This document shows positions 50,249-61,755 of a stretch of 64,000 bases of DNA, piece by piece. The stretch's first letter is position 1; each line of letters opens with the position of its first letter. The notes under the pieces are model-generated. The model did not search any database. It saw nothing but the letters and a program-made list of their open reading frames with translations, and was not told where the DNA came from. A program made the translations under genes and the position numbers. The stretch lies in IMG/VR virus record IMGVR_UViG_3300026167_000080. One strand, written 5' to 3'. Origin of the DNA: an uncultured virus (IMG/VR IMGVR_UViG_3300026167_000080). Taxonomy: Duplodnaviria > Heunggongvirae > Uroviricota > Caudoviricetes.

Positions 50249-51541
50249 CTAAAAGTTTGTTGCTAAGATAAATAAAGGAATAGCTGGCATACTCGCACTA
50301 CCCAATGTATTACTCTTTCTGACGAGAAGACTGAGCATCGTAAAGATGCCACCAATGAGTAAGACCATTAACAAGCTATTGATATTCACTACAAGAATAA
50401 TTACTGAGATAACTAATAGAATATATTTGTAAATCTTGTCTAGAAGAATCACAGATAATCCTGTAGCTGAATGTACGTTCTTGTAGAGATTGAAGATGAC
50501 TCCAAAGCTACTACCAATAAGTAAGACCAGGCCAATTGAAACGAGAAGAATTGTCATCCATTCTTGAAGAGTAGGTGCAAAGGCCAGACGACCCATTAAG
50601 TCCATATCTCCACGTACTAATCCCATAAGAACTAGAATGAATAAACAAACCACATCACTAATAGCCCCAATAAACCCATTGTTAATGCGAGCTTGAATAG
50701 AATCAATTCCTTTATCTTTGTGTTCAATAGCTAATAAAGCTGATTGGGAAGTAAAGGCAAATAGATTAGAAAGTACAACTAATAACATAGCTCTAGCGGA
50801 AAGACTACAGTTATAATGACTTCCTAAGATCTCTTCCTCATCAATATTAAGAAACTGTTGGAGTTGGTCTTTATCCAATTTACTTTTGGATAATAACACC
50901 AAAGGCCCCAATACCGTCAATGACATGAACGGAGAGCTACCTAAATAATTAGCTAATAAATACAATAGACCCGCTGTACAAACGGCTACTGTACCCCAGC
51001 TAAATCTGTCTTTTTTATCTACACAAATAACTAGATAAATAGCCCAGATACTAATGGATACTGGCAAAGATAATGTTAATAAGAGAGGGGTATAAATACT
51101 TGTATAACGTACTAGTAATTGAGGTACCCCAACTAGTACCAATATAGTTAGCAATACCAGAGCAAATGTATAGATGATAGTCTTATGTTGCCATTCTGCT
51201 TTAATCAGTCCAAGTAATACTCGTACACTATTCTCGTTATTGTCAACGTATCCATTAATCTCTTCCTCTTCTTTACTACGAATAGTCTTTAAAAAGGATT
51301 GAGAAATATAGAATACGAAGAACGCCATGTAAACTGTGGGTAAAGATAATACCCCAAATCCTTGACCCATTAACAAAGGCCAGGATACAAAGCTAGCATA
51401 ACGACCTGCATTTAAACCTAACACTAATGCAGAAAGTGCTAGTCCCAATAATAATCCCATTACTAACGGAGCAACTGCATTAAAGCAGACTGTCGCTAGG
51501 ATCACTAGAATGCTGATAATAATAATATTGAGCTTATTCAT
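50249..51541 (-). CDS. polytopic membrane protein
   Basis: 430 aa with ten or more hydrophobic segments. Confidence 0.75.
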   Translation of the reverse strand: MNKLNIIIISILVILATVCFNAVAPLVMGLLLGLALSALVLGLNAGRYASFVSWPLLMGQGFGVLSLPTVYMAFFVFYISQSFLKTIRSKEEEEINGYVDNNENSVRVLLGLIKAEWQHKTIIYTFALVLLTILVLVGVPQLLVRYTSIYTPLLLTLSLPVSISIWAIYLVICVDKKDRFSWGTVAVCTAGLLYLLANYLGSSPFMSLTVLGPLVLLSKSKLDKDQLQQFLNIDEEEILGSHYNCSLSARAMLLVVLSNLFAFTSQSALLAIEHKDKGIDSIQARINNGFIGAISDVVCLFILVLMGLVRGDMDLMGRLAFAPTLQEWMTILLVSIGLVLLIGSSFGVIFNLYKNVHSATGLSVILLDKIYKYILLVISVIILVVNINSLLMVLLIGGIFTMLSLLVRKSNTLGSASMPAIPLFILATNF

Positions 51542-51678
51542 ATCTTTCCTTTCCTTTCCTTTATCTTTATTCTAAGAATATATGACACTCAGCCTCTATT
51601 AGACTTGAACTTATTTGTTATGGTCGTATAGATATCATCAATATACCTTTAAAATAATGATGATATCTATTTCAATGT

Positions 51679-52674
51679 CTAATAACTCTCCAACATCTCT
51701 TTAATAAATGCACTTACATGCCCTACTGCTAGAATGACGATGGGTATAGAGATTATGATCACTGGATAGGTGTACCACGGCTTAGGATCATTACGATATC
51801 TTACACCCATATCTCTTTGAATTACTTCATTTAAGAAGTCCTTTTCATTGCGGACTTCTGTAACCGTTCTACCCTGCGGGTCTCCATAACCCTTACAATC
51901 ACTTAAATCAGACACTTCTTCAGATGCTACTAAAGAATATCGGTCATTTGCATGTAAAGCTTGAATCTTGACTAGTTGATCTTTTTTTAATACCGCCTCA
52001 TTTACAACGTATGTTTCACTCTTATCCAAAGGACGACTTCCATACTCTGTAAGGTAGCCAGCTTCTGGGTCCTTCAAGAAGACATCTATTAGGACATCTT
52101 TATATGAAACAAGTTGCCCGTTAATTACACAGAAAGTAACGGTTTGTACTTCACCTGTATTATCACTGGATAATCCTTGAGGATGTACATTAGGTTGAGC
52201 TAAGTTGAAACCATCTTTCTCAAGAAGGTTTCCATAACTATCAATTTGAAGAGATAATTCACTTACATCTCCTGGTTCCCCTAATGCAAAGTCATTAGAT
52301 AAATCTAATGATACTGGCTTCTTGTTATTAGGAAGTTCTACTCTTAATTCATCCCCAATATTTAACTCTTTTTTACTCTGATATAACCACGTAATATATC
52401 CTGCAGCTTCAGTAAGTTGATACCTATTATCTCCATAATCAGCTGTGACGAAGACCTTTTCTACTAACCCTTTACTATCAGTATTCGCTGCAAGATTATA
52501 ATCACTACAAGTATAATGGACTACACTTTTATCTTTGCCTTCAAATCCTTCTAGCATGCAAATCTGTTCGATTACTCTAATATTATTCCCACTGAATAAT
52601 TTAGGTACAAAAAAGGCTATTAAAAGGATGATAATCCCTAACCATGCGAGATTTGAATTTTCCTTAGAAGTCAT
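51679..52674 (-). CDS. membrane-anchored protein (N- and C-terminal TM)
   Basis: 331 aa; hydrophobic segments at both ends. Confidence 0.7.
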   Translation of the reverse strand: MTSKENSNLAWLGIIILLIAFFVPKLFSGNNIRVIEQICMLEGFEGKDKSVVHYTCSDYNLAANTDSKGLVEKVFVTADYGDNRYQLTEAAGYITWLYQSKKELNIGDELRVELPNNKKPVSLDLSNDFALGEPGDVSELSLQIDSYGNLLEKDGFNLAQPNVHPQGLSSDNTGEVQTVTFCVINGQLVSYKDVLIDVFLKDPEAGYLTEYGSRPLDKSETYVVNEAVLKKDQLVKIQALHANDRYSLVASEEVSDLSDCKGYGDPQGRTVTEVRNEKDFLNEVIQRDMGVRYRNDPKPWYTYPVIIISIPIVILAVGHVSAFIKEMLESY

Positions 52675-52878
52675 AATATCCTCTTTCCTTTCGAATATTG
52701 TTTAATCTCTGATTCTTATCTTAATATGGCTTATCTCAATTAATCTAGAAATAAAACTTAATCTTTAAGTTAAAGTTTATTTTTACCTTTACTTTATAAA
52801 GTAAATATCTTATTTAGATATATATATATATATGAATTTTTTATAAATAGATAGACAGATAGATAAATAGAAATGTAT

Positions 52879-53316
52879 TTAGTTCTTTGCCTTAATATGG
52901 TATAACGCGTTAAGATGACGTTTTATATGTTGTAACGCTTTCTCATGAGCCCAGTCTAAATGTTCTTTACTTAAATGATTTACACTAAGTCTTTTTAGTC
53001 TTTCGTCTTTAAGACATAAATAATCTACTGCCAAATGTAATGGCATAGGATTCTCGATTAGTAACTTAGGTACATCCTCTAGACATCCTTGGTATGCTTT
53101 TGATATAGCGCTATAGCACGATAGATCCTTTGATCTATAACTTATATTATAGAGTTCAATTACTGCATTTAATATTGAGTTCTGTTTCTCTTCATCATAC
53201 ACACCTCTATAAGCTGCGTGAGGGGCTAATATTAAGTCCTCATACCTCTCTAGAGTGTAGGGCTTACTATCTATTTCCCTTAACCTCCTTATCTTATTTG
53301 GTTCGACTGTATACAC
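52879..53316 (-). CDS. hypothetical protein
   Basis: 145 aa ORF. Confidence 0.55.
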   Translation of the reverse strand: MYTVEPNKIRRLREIDSKPYTLERYEDLILAPHAAYRGVYDEEKQNSILNAVIELYNISYRSKDLSCYSAISKAYQGCLEDVPKLLIENPMPLHLAVDYLCLKDERLKRLSVNHLSKEHLDWAHEKALQHIKRHLNALYHIKAKN

Positions 53317-53459
53317 GATATGTTTTTATTATATGTTTAAAGGATTAAAATCAATTTATATTATAATCCTTACCCAGTTCACTCAACTCTAACTTCCAAG
53401 TGATGTACATATATACAAATTCATAATAGATATAGCTAATAAATCAATATAAAAATTAA

Positions 53460-53660
53460 TTAGCTAGTTTTATTCGTATCTTTCTCTTCTTTAGAAGTGT
53501 CAAGTTCTTCGTATAACTCTTGGAGAAATAGTGCTGCCCAAGCTAGCCTATCGTTTGTTTCAGCACATTCTTCTATTATCTGTCTAGCTGACATTAACAG
53601 CAATGCCCGCCCTTTTGTATTCATATCAACGATAGATTGAGACATTACAGATTGAGACAT
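53460..53660 (-). CDS. hypothetical protein
   Basis: 66 aa ORF. Confidence 0.5.
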   Translation of the reverse strand: MSQSVMSQSIVDMNTKGRALLLMSARQIIEECAETNDRLAWAALFLQELYEELDTSKEEKDTNKTS

Positions 53661-53976
53661 GATAATTTGTTTTGTATTAAAAATTCAGAATTAATCAATA
53701 TAAGAACTTCAATAAAAACCTTGACATCTTCCCTTCCCTTCCCTTCCTCCTCCCCTATGTCTATCCCTTCTTTATGTAATAATCATTCTTTATGTAATAA
53801 TCATTCTTTGTTCTTTCTCCTCTTTATCTTATTATTTCTTTTATTAGAATATATCTAGATTCTTATCTTTATCTTCTAGAATTCATAATATGGAATTCTA
53901 TGAGAGATTCTTAGATAATAAAAATATTTAATTTTAATCTTTAATCTTTAATCTTTAATCTGAAATCTATTTGGAC

Positions 53977-54708
53977 TTATCCGGGTATTAAAGCTATACC
54001 CATAAATCCATTCTGCGGAGGGAATCCATATTTAGGTTTACACTCCACAGTTAAATGAAAATCTCTTAGAGCCTCTTCAATAGAAGATACCGCCTCCTCG
54101 AGAACTATAGACTTTGGATGAATGTAAATGATGAACAATAGATAGTAAGGAGTTGAAAGAGTAGGTTCCCTTAACTCTACCTTAGCTATCTTTGATGAAG
54201 CAGAAGTAACACTCGGACTTAGATCTATTAGACACTCATTATAAGCACATCTAATATTTACTCCTTCTAATCTATCTAGAAGTAATTCCTCATTACCTTC
54301 TATTGGTAATAATAAATTATTACCACTCGCTTCAATAGGTAAAGCTAGTTGACTATTTTTATATTCTTCTAAGGCTTCATCTCTATCTTTGCTGTATTTA
54401 TAGTAGTTGGGAAGACAGACTACTTCTACCTCAAATAAAGTTAATCCCTTCACTTCAAGACTAAATCTCTTATGACTAACTTTTAAATAGTGACTATTAC
54501 CAAAGTCGTAGAGAGTAATTAGATCAATCTCTTCTTCTTCTTCCTCTACAATCTCAGTTGATACCCTGTAAGGTCTCTTTTCTTTTACCTTATAAAGTTC
54601 CTCCCTCCTTGAATTTATGTATTCATTTAGACGAGAAGCATGGCATTCTCCATATAAGTATCCACTTATAATATGCAATGGCTCTTTCGGTAATCTTAGA
54701 TCGATCAT
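53977..54708 (-). CDS. hypothetical protein
   Basis: 243 aa ORF. Confidence 0.65.
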   Translation of the reverse strand: MIDLRLPKEPLHIISGYLYGECHASRLNEYINSRREELYKVKEKRPYRVSTEIVEEEEEEIDLITLYDFGNSHYLKVSHKRFSLEVKGLTLFEVEVVCLPNYYKYSKDRDEALEEYKNSQLALPIEASGNNLLLPIEGNEELLLDRLEGVNIRCAYNECLIDLSPSVTSASSKIAKVELREPTLSTPYYLLFIIYIHPKSIVLEEAVSSIEEALRDFHLTVECKPKYGFPPQNGFMGIALIPG

Positions 54709-54910
54709 ACCTTTTATGTCCTCTTCTCTCCTATCCTTGTTTGATTCTTTCCTTTAATTAATTATTTAAACCCTAGTCTAATCTAATCTAATCTAGTTTA
54801 GTCTCTTCTAGTTTAGTAAAGAATGAAGAATTGATAAAGGAAGACTAGGGTTTAGCATTCTTTCTTATCCTATATCATTCTCTTATTACAGTACACTGAA
54901 CCACTCCCCC

Positions 54911-55615
54911 CTATACTATTACGAGTTTGAATAATAGGAACGATATTAGTCTCCCTATAAAAACTGACATTGAATAAGTAATGCAATTTTTAAGTAAACT
55001 CTTTGCTCTTAAGTGATAAGATAACTGACAATTAGCTGAAGATGTCTGTAAATAATACTGTATAAAATTACGACTTCTTCGAGCACCATAGTCAATATCT
55101 CTTACGTCATATATATGATCCTGAGGCCCTTCTATCTTTCGTAATAAAGATAGATCGTACACAGTTGATGTTACTCTAACTCCTTGACCTAAAGGATTAA
55201 TTCTATAATCTACTCTCTCTACAATATATGGATTTTGAGGAGAAGTATTAAGAGTTAAAATAGAACCTTCTCGAGAAAAGAATACCCCTGAATGTTTTGA
55301 TAAATTCATAAAGATAGATAGGAATTGAGTTTTTATTTTGACCTCTCCTATTGATCCTAAGAACTTGTCAACACACCGGGAGTCTTCAATGACTGTAAGA
55401 TTCCCACCTGCCTTTATCTCCTCAATAACAAGATAATATAGCAGTTCCTGAAATATAGTTTGATACTCCTCACAACCTCTAACTGACCTACAGTCAGGTA
55501 GGCCTTTAGAAAACTTCTTTAGATTGTAATAAAAGTAATAAGGTAGAGGTAGACCATATACAGACGGTAATAATTCTACATCTGTTTCTCTTACTGTATT
55601 AATTCTTTCGCTCAT
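54911..55615 (-). CDS. hypothetical protein
   Basis: 234 aa ORF. Confidence 0.65.
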   Translation of the reverse strand: MSERINTVRETDVELLPSVYGLPLPYYFYYNLKKFSKGLPDCRSVRGCEEYQTIFQELLYYLVIEEIKAGGNLTVIEDSRCVDKFLGSIGEVKIKTQFLSIFMNLSKHSGVFFSREGSILTLNTSPQNPYIVERVDYRINPLGQGVRVTSTVYDLSLLRKIEGPQDHIYDVRDIDYGARRSRNFIQYYLQTSSANCQLSYHLRAKSLLKNCITYSMSVFIGRLISFLLFKLVIV

Positions 55616-55823
55616 GAAGTATTCCCTTTTTCCTTTTCCCTGGTTTATATGGTTTTATTAGCAACTGGTAAAGAGAGACAACTTATTCCTAAATTAATTA
55701 GTTTCAGTTATCTCTCTTTATTCCTTCATCTCTTTACCCCTTTTCTCCCCTTCCCTTTATACAATTAGTTAGATTTCCCTCCCGCCCTCCGCATACGATC
55801 TAACTAATTTCTATTCTCTTTCT

Positions 55824-56813
55824 CTACATTGGAGAGTCAAAGTTAACTTCACCTTCTGCTGCTGCTGCTGCTGCTTCTTCAGGTACACTTGGGAAACTAG
55901 CAGCAGAGTCGGCTACTCCTTCCTCAGGATTATACTCCGACTCACTCGGTGCAGGCTCTAGCCCTAACTCACTAGCCAATCCTTGAAATAAACTATCAGG
56001 AATATCAACCCTTGAAGAACTAGGACTAGAGACTTGCAAATAGCGAGCAGCGGCTGCTAGTTTTCGTGACAAGGCGTTGGGGCTAGTAAGTACACTGCTA
56101 CTCATAGCAGCCTGTGAGAGGCGAAGTTTTTGACGATCCTGTGCAATAATGCTTCTAGCAGTAGCATTATTGTTTGCTGCTTGCAGCACCATACTTTTCA
56201 CCATACCAGGTGCGTATTCAGCCGGTACGAAACTAGGCATTCCATTGAACTGAGCAGTGTACCGCTCAATTTCAACAATATCAATTGCTGAAGGATCAGA
56301 AGGTAACGTTGGTGTGACTGTTTCTACACCATTAGGGGCTAAGAATACCCCTTGAAGAATCGCATGCGGAATACGGATAGTAACCGTAACCGCGTCTACA
56401 TTTAGCTCATTCATTTTGTTTTGAATAAGCATCAGTTGCTGACTGTCCACTGTCACTTGAATAGTCACACCCCGACCTGCATTTTCAGCTGAGGTTGCAA
56501 TGGGTAGCTGATGTGTCTTACCTTGGGTTGTAATATATTGATACTTCAACCGCTCGAATAGGTTTTCTCCATCTTTTTCTTCTTTTACATAAGAAGCTTC
56601 GTATAAACCTAAGATGTTGTACCACCCTTCGATGGCAGAACGACCTGCGTATATTTCATTTGGATTGGAGATAGTGTCTCTCAACCCACTATTATTCGAG
56701 TTGGGCTTCAGTCGACGGACTACTAAGTCTACAAACAAATTGCTGTAAGACTTTCCGAAGTTGTAGCTGGTGTTTAAAGGTAAACCTTTAATGTTCTTGC
56801 GTTTGATGCTCAT
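55824..56813 (-). CDS. hypothetical protein, paralogue family member with acidic tail (SSB-like architecture)
   Basis: IYAGRSAIEG..LGLY; GRGVTIQVTVD; IRIPHAILQG; ends EGEVNFDSPM. Confidence 0.75.
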   Translation of the reverse strand: MSIKRKNIKGLPLNTSYNFGKSYSNLFVDLVVRRLKPNSNNSGLRDTISNPNEIYAGRSAIEGWYNILGLYEASYVKEEKDGENLFERLKYQYITTQGKTHQLPIATSAENAGRGVTIQVTVDSQQLMLIQNKMNELNVDAVTVTIRIPHAILQGVFLAPNGVETVTPTLPSDPSAIDIVEIERYTAQFNGMPSFVPAEYAPGMVKSMVLQAANNNATARSIIAQDRQKLRLSQAAMSSSVLTSPNALSRKLAAAARYLQVSSPSSSRVDIPDSLFQGLASELGLEPAPSESEYNPEEGVADSAASFPSVPEEAAAAAAEGEVNFDSPM

Positions 56814-56882
56814 ATTCGTTTCCTCAGAATTGTTGAATTGTTGAATTGTTGAATTGTTGAAATTAGATTAGATTAACTTGTT

Positions 56883-57623
56883 TTAATCTAATTGTTTATA
56901 GGGCCAGTAAAAGGTAGAAGGATCTCCACCTTTTGCTTCATGTAAAGCTAACCCTGTTTGAACATCTAATTTAGGCTTTACATCCTCTCTTCCTCCTTTT
57001 TCTATAAGATGACACCAATCTCGGTCTGAAGTATCAACTACTCCATTCACCAATAGTGGGTGAAAGAATTGGATTTGTGTAAGAAGCCTATTCTCGTACC
57101 ACTCTTCTATTACATAGTCAGTGATACGGTATAATTTGCTAGATACATCTAAAAGCTCTCTAGCAAAACTGACTGCCTCTTCAAGATTAGACACACATCC
57201 TTCTACTAATCCACCCTTTCGGGTTATTACAAAGGAAGAGGAGTTTTTACTGTCCCCCTTTGCAAACGGATATCTGTTGATAGCTAATTGCCTATTCGTA
57301 TATACAGGCTTTAATAGCTCTTCTCTCAGAGAACTTTTTATTTCATCACTATCCCCTCTTAATTTCAGCAGACATAGTACGTCTGCTAACCTGATTTCCT
57401 CATAAGTAAACGTTCTACCTTCTATTACCCTAGAACACGTCTGTTTGTACCCTACCCCTATAACATATACACCTGATATATGCGGGATAGAGCTTAAAAG
57501 CTCCTCTACGTACTTTTCGTTATGTTCCTTTAACCTACACTTATCCTTCTTTCTGACTCGCCTTTTAGTAGGCTTAGGGAGTCCAGGCCTTTGAGTCCTT
57601 CTCTTTTCTAATAGTAATGCCAC
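56883..57623 (-). CDS. hypothetical protein
   Basis: 246 aa ORF, basic N-terminus. Confidence 0.6.
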   Translation of the reverse strand: MALLLEKRRTQRPGLPKPTKRRVRKKDKCRLKEHNEKYVEELLSSIPHISGVYVIGVGYKQTCSRVIEGRTFTYEEIRLADVLCLLKLRGDSDEIKSSLREELLKPVYTNRQLAINRYPFAKGDSKNSSSFVITRKGGLVEGCVSNLEEAVSFARELLDVSSKLYRITDYVIEEWYENRLLTQIQFFHPLLVNGVVDTSDRDWCHLIEKGGREDVKPKLDVQTGLALHEAKGGDPSTFYWPYKQLD

Positions 57624-57694
57624 TATTTTCTTTCCTTGTTCTTTCTTTGCTTCTAAATAGTTTTAATACTTTAGATGATTATAAGAAGCAGTAA

Positions 57695-59023
57695 TTAGAC
57701 AAACTCTAAAGCTTTCTCTTCAAAGAAGAATGACGCTTTTAGAAAATCTAAATTAAATACTCCTTCATCATCAACTGGACACACAACCTTCAAACTGGTT
57801 GTATGTCTCGTGATACCAACAAATGCTCCTCCATGCATCGTAGTCATATGCTGCTCTAGGAACAACTGGACATTCTCAAAGGTTTTCCCTTGAGAAAGAT
57901 GCAGGGTTAATGCAAACGCTAATTGAATGGGTAGTCCAAGAACTACTTCTCCCTCTTGTGGTACATACCCTTCCTTATATTCTTTTAGCTTGCCTTGACT
58001 CTCGATTTGGATCTCATATGTCACCTCCTTGTCTAATCTATTTACATAAATGCAAATATTCTCTGTTGATAGATGGACTACTTTGCCAAGGTCGCCATTC
58101 ACAACACCTTTCTCCTTATCATTCTTACGAATAATAACAGGACAACCCTTACATAAATATAAAGGGGAATTGCCTAGACCCTTATAGCAATATAAGTCTT
58201 TACCTTCTGAACCACTATTTACAAACTGTAATAACCTGATGTTATTTCTTTCTTGTAACATCTTTCGGCTAAGACAAATATCTACTTCATTGGGGTCTAA
58301 GGAAGGTGAATCCAACAAGATGCCTCGACTAAGCAAATAGTTCAGAATAATATTTTCTTTCTTAGCCGTGTCTTTCCCTCTTAACAAGGAAATTACTTCA
58401 GCAAAGTCTTGGTCCTTTTGTCTCACAACTTTAGTGAGCCGGATGACCTTTACCTCTCTTAATCTTAAAGATAAGAAGAATGGCTGTACTTTCACTCCCA
58501 ATAATTGAGCAGGATCCATGACTAGACATATCTTAAATCCCAATTTATCTGCTAGATTAAAGAGTTCGTCTATCACTCTCCCGTCTAAAAATGAGGCTTC
58601 ATCCACAATCATTAAGGTGGGTCCCTTTAAAGTTTCTTCATAAAGTTGACCTTCCGCATAATGAGTTAACGTATATAACAAACTATTAAGACCATTCATT
58701 CCTAAATAAGAATGAATAGTTTTACCATTTTGATATTCTGCTGCAGCAGCTCCCGTAGGAGCTACTACAATAACGTTTGTTCCCTCATTCTTTGCTCTTT
58801 CTATCAACTTACGAGTGTGATAACTTTTACCCGTTCCCGGCCCTCCAGAGACTACTATTTTGTTGTCTTTGCTATCTAGGACTTCACCTAACTCTAAGTC
58901 TTTATGAAGTCCTGTTCCCTCTGTGTTAAACGTTGATCTTTCTACGACCCGAGGCGGGGTCGATAAAGCTAACTGACTTGCTGCCATCTTTCTTTGCCTT
59001 TGTCTCTCGTCTAATAATTCCAA
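57695..59023 (-). CDS. SF1B PIF1/RecD-like DNA helicase
   Basis: GGPGTGKS, APTGAAA, TIHS, IVDEAS, DPAQL, LTKVVRQ, NGDLG, AFALTLHLSQG. Confidence 0.9.
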   Translation of the reverse strand: MELLDERQRQRKMAASQLALSTPPRVVERSTFNTEGTGLHKDLELGEVLDSKDNKIVVSGGPGTGKSYHTRKLIERAKNEGTNVIVVAPTGAAAAEYQNGKTIHSYLGMNGLNSLLYTLTHYAEGQLYEETLKGPTLMIVDEASFLDGRVIDELFNLADKLGFKICLVMDPAQLLGVKVQPFFLSLRLREVKVIRLTKVVRQKDQDFAEVISLLRGKDTAKKENIILNYLLSRGILLDSPSLDPNEVDICLSRKMLQERNNIRLLQFVNSGSEGKDLYCYKGLGNSPLYLCKGCPVIIRKNDKEKGVVNGDLGKVVHLSTENICIYVNRLDKEVTYEIQIESQGKLKEYKEGYVPQEGEVVLGLPIQLAFALTLHLSQGKTFENVQLFLEQHMTTMHGGAFVGITRHTTSLKVVCPVDDEGVFNLDFLKASFFFEEKALEFV

Positions 59024-59651
59024 ATCTCTCTACAGATAAGTCTTGTTCCAAAGGTAATTCTTTGTCTGGATTATATGTCTCATCTTTTACTTTTACTACT
59101 TGAGACTTCTTCTGAGGTCTCTGAGGCTTCTGAGGTTTCGTATTATTCTGGAAAGAATACTCCGATTTGGGTACAATAAATACTTCTAAATATTCATCTT
59201 TAACTTCATAGTCTTTAAGTCTTTCAAGAGAGCCAATGAGTTTCGGTAACTGAACTATAATTCCCTCAACTACCTCTTCATTACAGACCTTGTCCGTAAA
59301 GAATTTGATACTGTTATCATCTTGCTTGATGCTTAGTACTCTTACAAATCCTGCACTACTACAAATAAGCACAGGATTGAAGTCATGCTTTAAAGCCACA
59401 TCAAGCTTATTATCCCTCATCCATTCTTCAAAAGATAATTGAAGAACTGTAGAACACCAAGAGTAATCTTGACTGTTCTTTACCGGACTAATTAATTTCT
59501 TTAGCTTATTACCATATTTGGTAAAGCAAGCTTTACGAATTCCCTCAGAAATCTCTTTAAGATTATTGACTTGTTCAACAAACGATTTGACTTGAGTAGG
59601 ATCTAGTCCTAGTTCGTGACACAGGTAATTTAAGACTGTACTGGCAGACAT
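58926..59651 (-). CDS. hypothetical protein
   Basis: 241 aa ORF overlapping helicase start. Confidence 0.6.
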   Translation of the reverse strand: MSASTVLNYLCHELGLDPTQVKSFVEQVNNLKEISEGIRKACFTKYGNKLKKLISPVKNSQDYSWCSTVLQLSFEEWMRDNKLDVALKHDFNPVLICSSAGFVRVLSIKQDDNSIKFFTDKVCNEEVVEGIIVQLPKLIGSLERLKDYEVKDEYLEVFIVPKSEYSFQNNTKPQKPQRPQKKSQVVKVKDETYNPDKELPLEQDLSVERFGIIRRETKAKKDGSKSVSFIDPASGRRKINV

Positions 59652-59700
59652 AATATCTTCTCTCCTTTTCTTTCCTTTCCTTTCCTTTTTTCCTTTTATC

Positions 59701-60303
59701 TTAATTACGATCTACATACTGAAGTATATCTCTGTAATAAGGACACTTTCCTGTAGCACGAGAAATAACAGGCTCTGATGCTAGTTGAAAGCAGTTAGGT
59801 CCCATTCTTCTTATTTCTGCAAGTGTAGGAGAAAAATCAGAATCTCCCGATAATAAGACTAATGAGTCTTTTGAATTCATTCCTCTTGAAATCCTCATTA
59901 GAAAAGCAAATATTAACCCATCTAAATTTGCTTTAACTCTTTGCTCATTCTGATTGATAAAGACTGAACCTTCTACCACGATAGGTATAAATCCTAACCT
60001 ACGCATACTGAAGACATGGTTACTCAACCTTTCCCTTTGAGAAAAAGGTAATCTAGGAGAAACTCCTAAAAATAAATATCTCTCCCTAAACTTTCCAAAC
60101 TCTTTATCTAGATTCTCTACTATATTCTTAAGAAGGAAATATATGGCCTTTAAATCAAATGTATCATCTAATGGTGCATTTAAAAATAGAACACCCCAGT
60201 TGATGAAATTATTATAATCAACTATTAATACATTCTTATTCTCAATTCCTTCCCCTTCCTCTTCCTTCTTCTTCTTCTCTTTGCTCTTCTCTATACTACC
60301 CAT
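59701..60303 (-). CDS. NYN/LabA-like (PIN-fold) domain protein
   Basis: LIVDYNN, K.NLD, LVLLSGDSDF.P. Confidence 0.85.
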   Translation of the reverse strand: MGSIEKSKEKKKKEEEGEGIENKNVLIVDYNNFINWGVLFLNAPLDDTFDLKAIYFLLKNIVENLDKEFGKFRERYLFLGVSPRLPFSQRERLSNHVFSMRRLGFIPIVVEGSVFINQNEQRVKANLDGLIFAFLMRISRGMNSKDSLVLLSGDSDFSPTLAEIRRMGPNCFQLASEPVISRATGKCPYYRDILQYVDRN

Positions 60304-60338
60304 CTCTGCTCTTTAATTTATCTATTTGAATTATTAAA

Positions 60339-60896
60339 TTAAAATTTAGTATATTCATGTATGCAATTTTCATTAGCCCATAAAGCTTTATAAGAAGTCG
60401 ATATGGTAGACCCCCAATTAGTATGTATTGGACTGGTTAACTCTAATCCAACACTTGAATTCCATTTATCTAATAGTCCTACCTTAGGAATCCATTTTAC
60501 TAATCCATGGGTATAGGCTCCTTTAGTATCTCTAATCTTATCTTTAGGTAAAGGACACCAAATCCTTTTAGGACCAGATTCTTCTGACTCTTCACAAAGA
60601 TAAACTCTGTCAATAATTACCGTCTTATTGTCTGTGTTTTGATAGAGATGTAGAGATAACCTGATGTTATCTATACACTCGTCTCTTAAATCTCCAATTA
60701 ATACATATCCCTTTAAACCTCGACTTACTATAGGGCCCGATGAAGTTGATCTTAAAATCTTTTCACCTATTTTCATAAGCTCTATTCCTTCTATATCTTT
60801 TAGTCTTTCAACTATAGAACTAAAAACTCCTTCAGGATAATCTTCTAAAGACACTGTTTCTTCTATATTAATAGTTACGGTTCTTGTGGACGGCAT
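60339..60896 (-). CDS. hypothetical protein
   Basis: 185 aa ORF. Confidence 0.6.
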   Translation of the reverse strand: MPSTRTVTINIEETVSLEDYPEGVFSSIVERLKDIEGIELMKIGEKILRSTSSGPIVSRGLKGYVLIGDLRDECIDNIRLSLHLYQNTDNKTVIIDRVYLCEESEESGPKRIWCPLPKDKIRDTKGAYTHGLVKWIPKVGLLDKWNSSVGLELTSPIHTNWGSTISTSYKALWANENCIHEYTKF

Positions 60897-61101
60897 ATCA
60901 AACTTATAGATACTGTTTAACTGTTTATTCGAGTATTAATCTCTAAAATCTATATCCCATCCTTTTAGGATTTCTTTGAACCAGGATATATCTTGTCTAA
61001 TATGTACTTCAATCTGTAATAATTACTTATTGAAATTATTATTAGATCAAGATATATCCTCTAAATTTTTATTTAGTTCGTTCAATAAAGAATGTGTAAA
61101 T

Positions 61102-61617
61102 CTAACTTACACACTCTTTATTGACTGTAGAAAAGTCTAAGAATAATAGTACCTCTTCCACTTGTAGTGGTACTGATCCATTCTTAAATTCTTCAAGACC
61201 CTTTATTCTGGTGTACTCCTCTAAGGTTAATTTTATATGTCTGTCATTGGATAAAACCAATGTATATCCCTCTTGGGTTCTGTTAACCATAAGAACCTTT
61301 AAGGGATTCCAGCTTAACGAACCAGCTAGACTAGTCATACCAGACATTCCTTCTCTTTTATTCCTGAATTCTATGGATTCAGGCTTGAAGAAATTGTAAA
61401 CAGTTTTATCAATCTCTTCTGTAGAAACTTCTCCCCCTATACGAAGGTTGTTTACTATCTTTTCCTCTGTCCATTCATGAGGACTCTTTGCGTTCCATGG
61501 GATGATTACGGTATCTGTTGGGGAGAATTCATAAACGTAATCTCCTCCTACAATCTTAGGAACCCTTAGGACATAAGGACGAGTTCTCTTTTCCTCTTTT
61601 CTTCCTTTACTACTCAT
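61102..61617 (-). CDS. hypothetical protein
   Basis: 171 aa ORF. Confidence 0.6.
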   Translation of the reverse strand: MSSKGRKEEKRTRPYVLRVPKIVGGDYVYEFSPTDTVIIPWNAKSPHEWTEEKIVNNLRIGGEVSTEEIDKTVYNFFKPESIEFRNKREGMSGMTSLAGSLSWNPLKVLMVNRTQEGYTLVLSNDRHIKLTLEEYTRIKGLEEFKNGSVPLQVEEVLLFLDFSTVNKECVS

Positions 61618-61660
61618 TCTTCTAATTAGCTCTTTGTGGTCATACTTTAACTCCTGTATA

Positions 61661-61737
61661 TCTAATACCTAATATCTAATACCTAATATCTAATACCTAA
61701 TATCTAATACTTAATATCTAATACTTAATACCTAATA
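61661..61737. repeat. tandem repeat (TCTAATACYTAATA)x5
   Basis: Directly visible 14-nt unit. Confidence 0.85.
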
Positions 61738-61755
61738 AGTCCATGAGGAAAGGAC

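Noticed and set aside
50249..51541. Specific transporter assignment (e.g. TctA-like)
   Set aside because: Only hydrophobicity supports it; no diagnostic motif.
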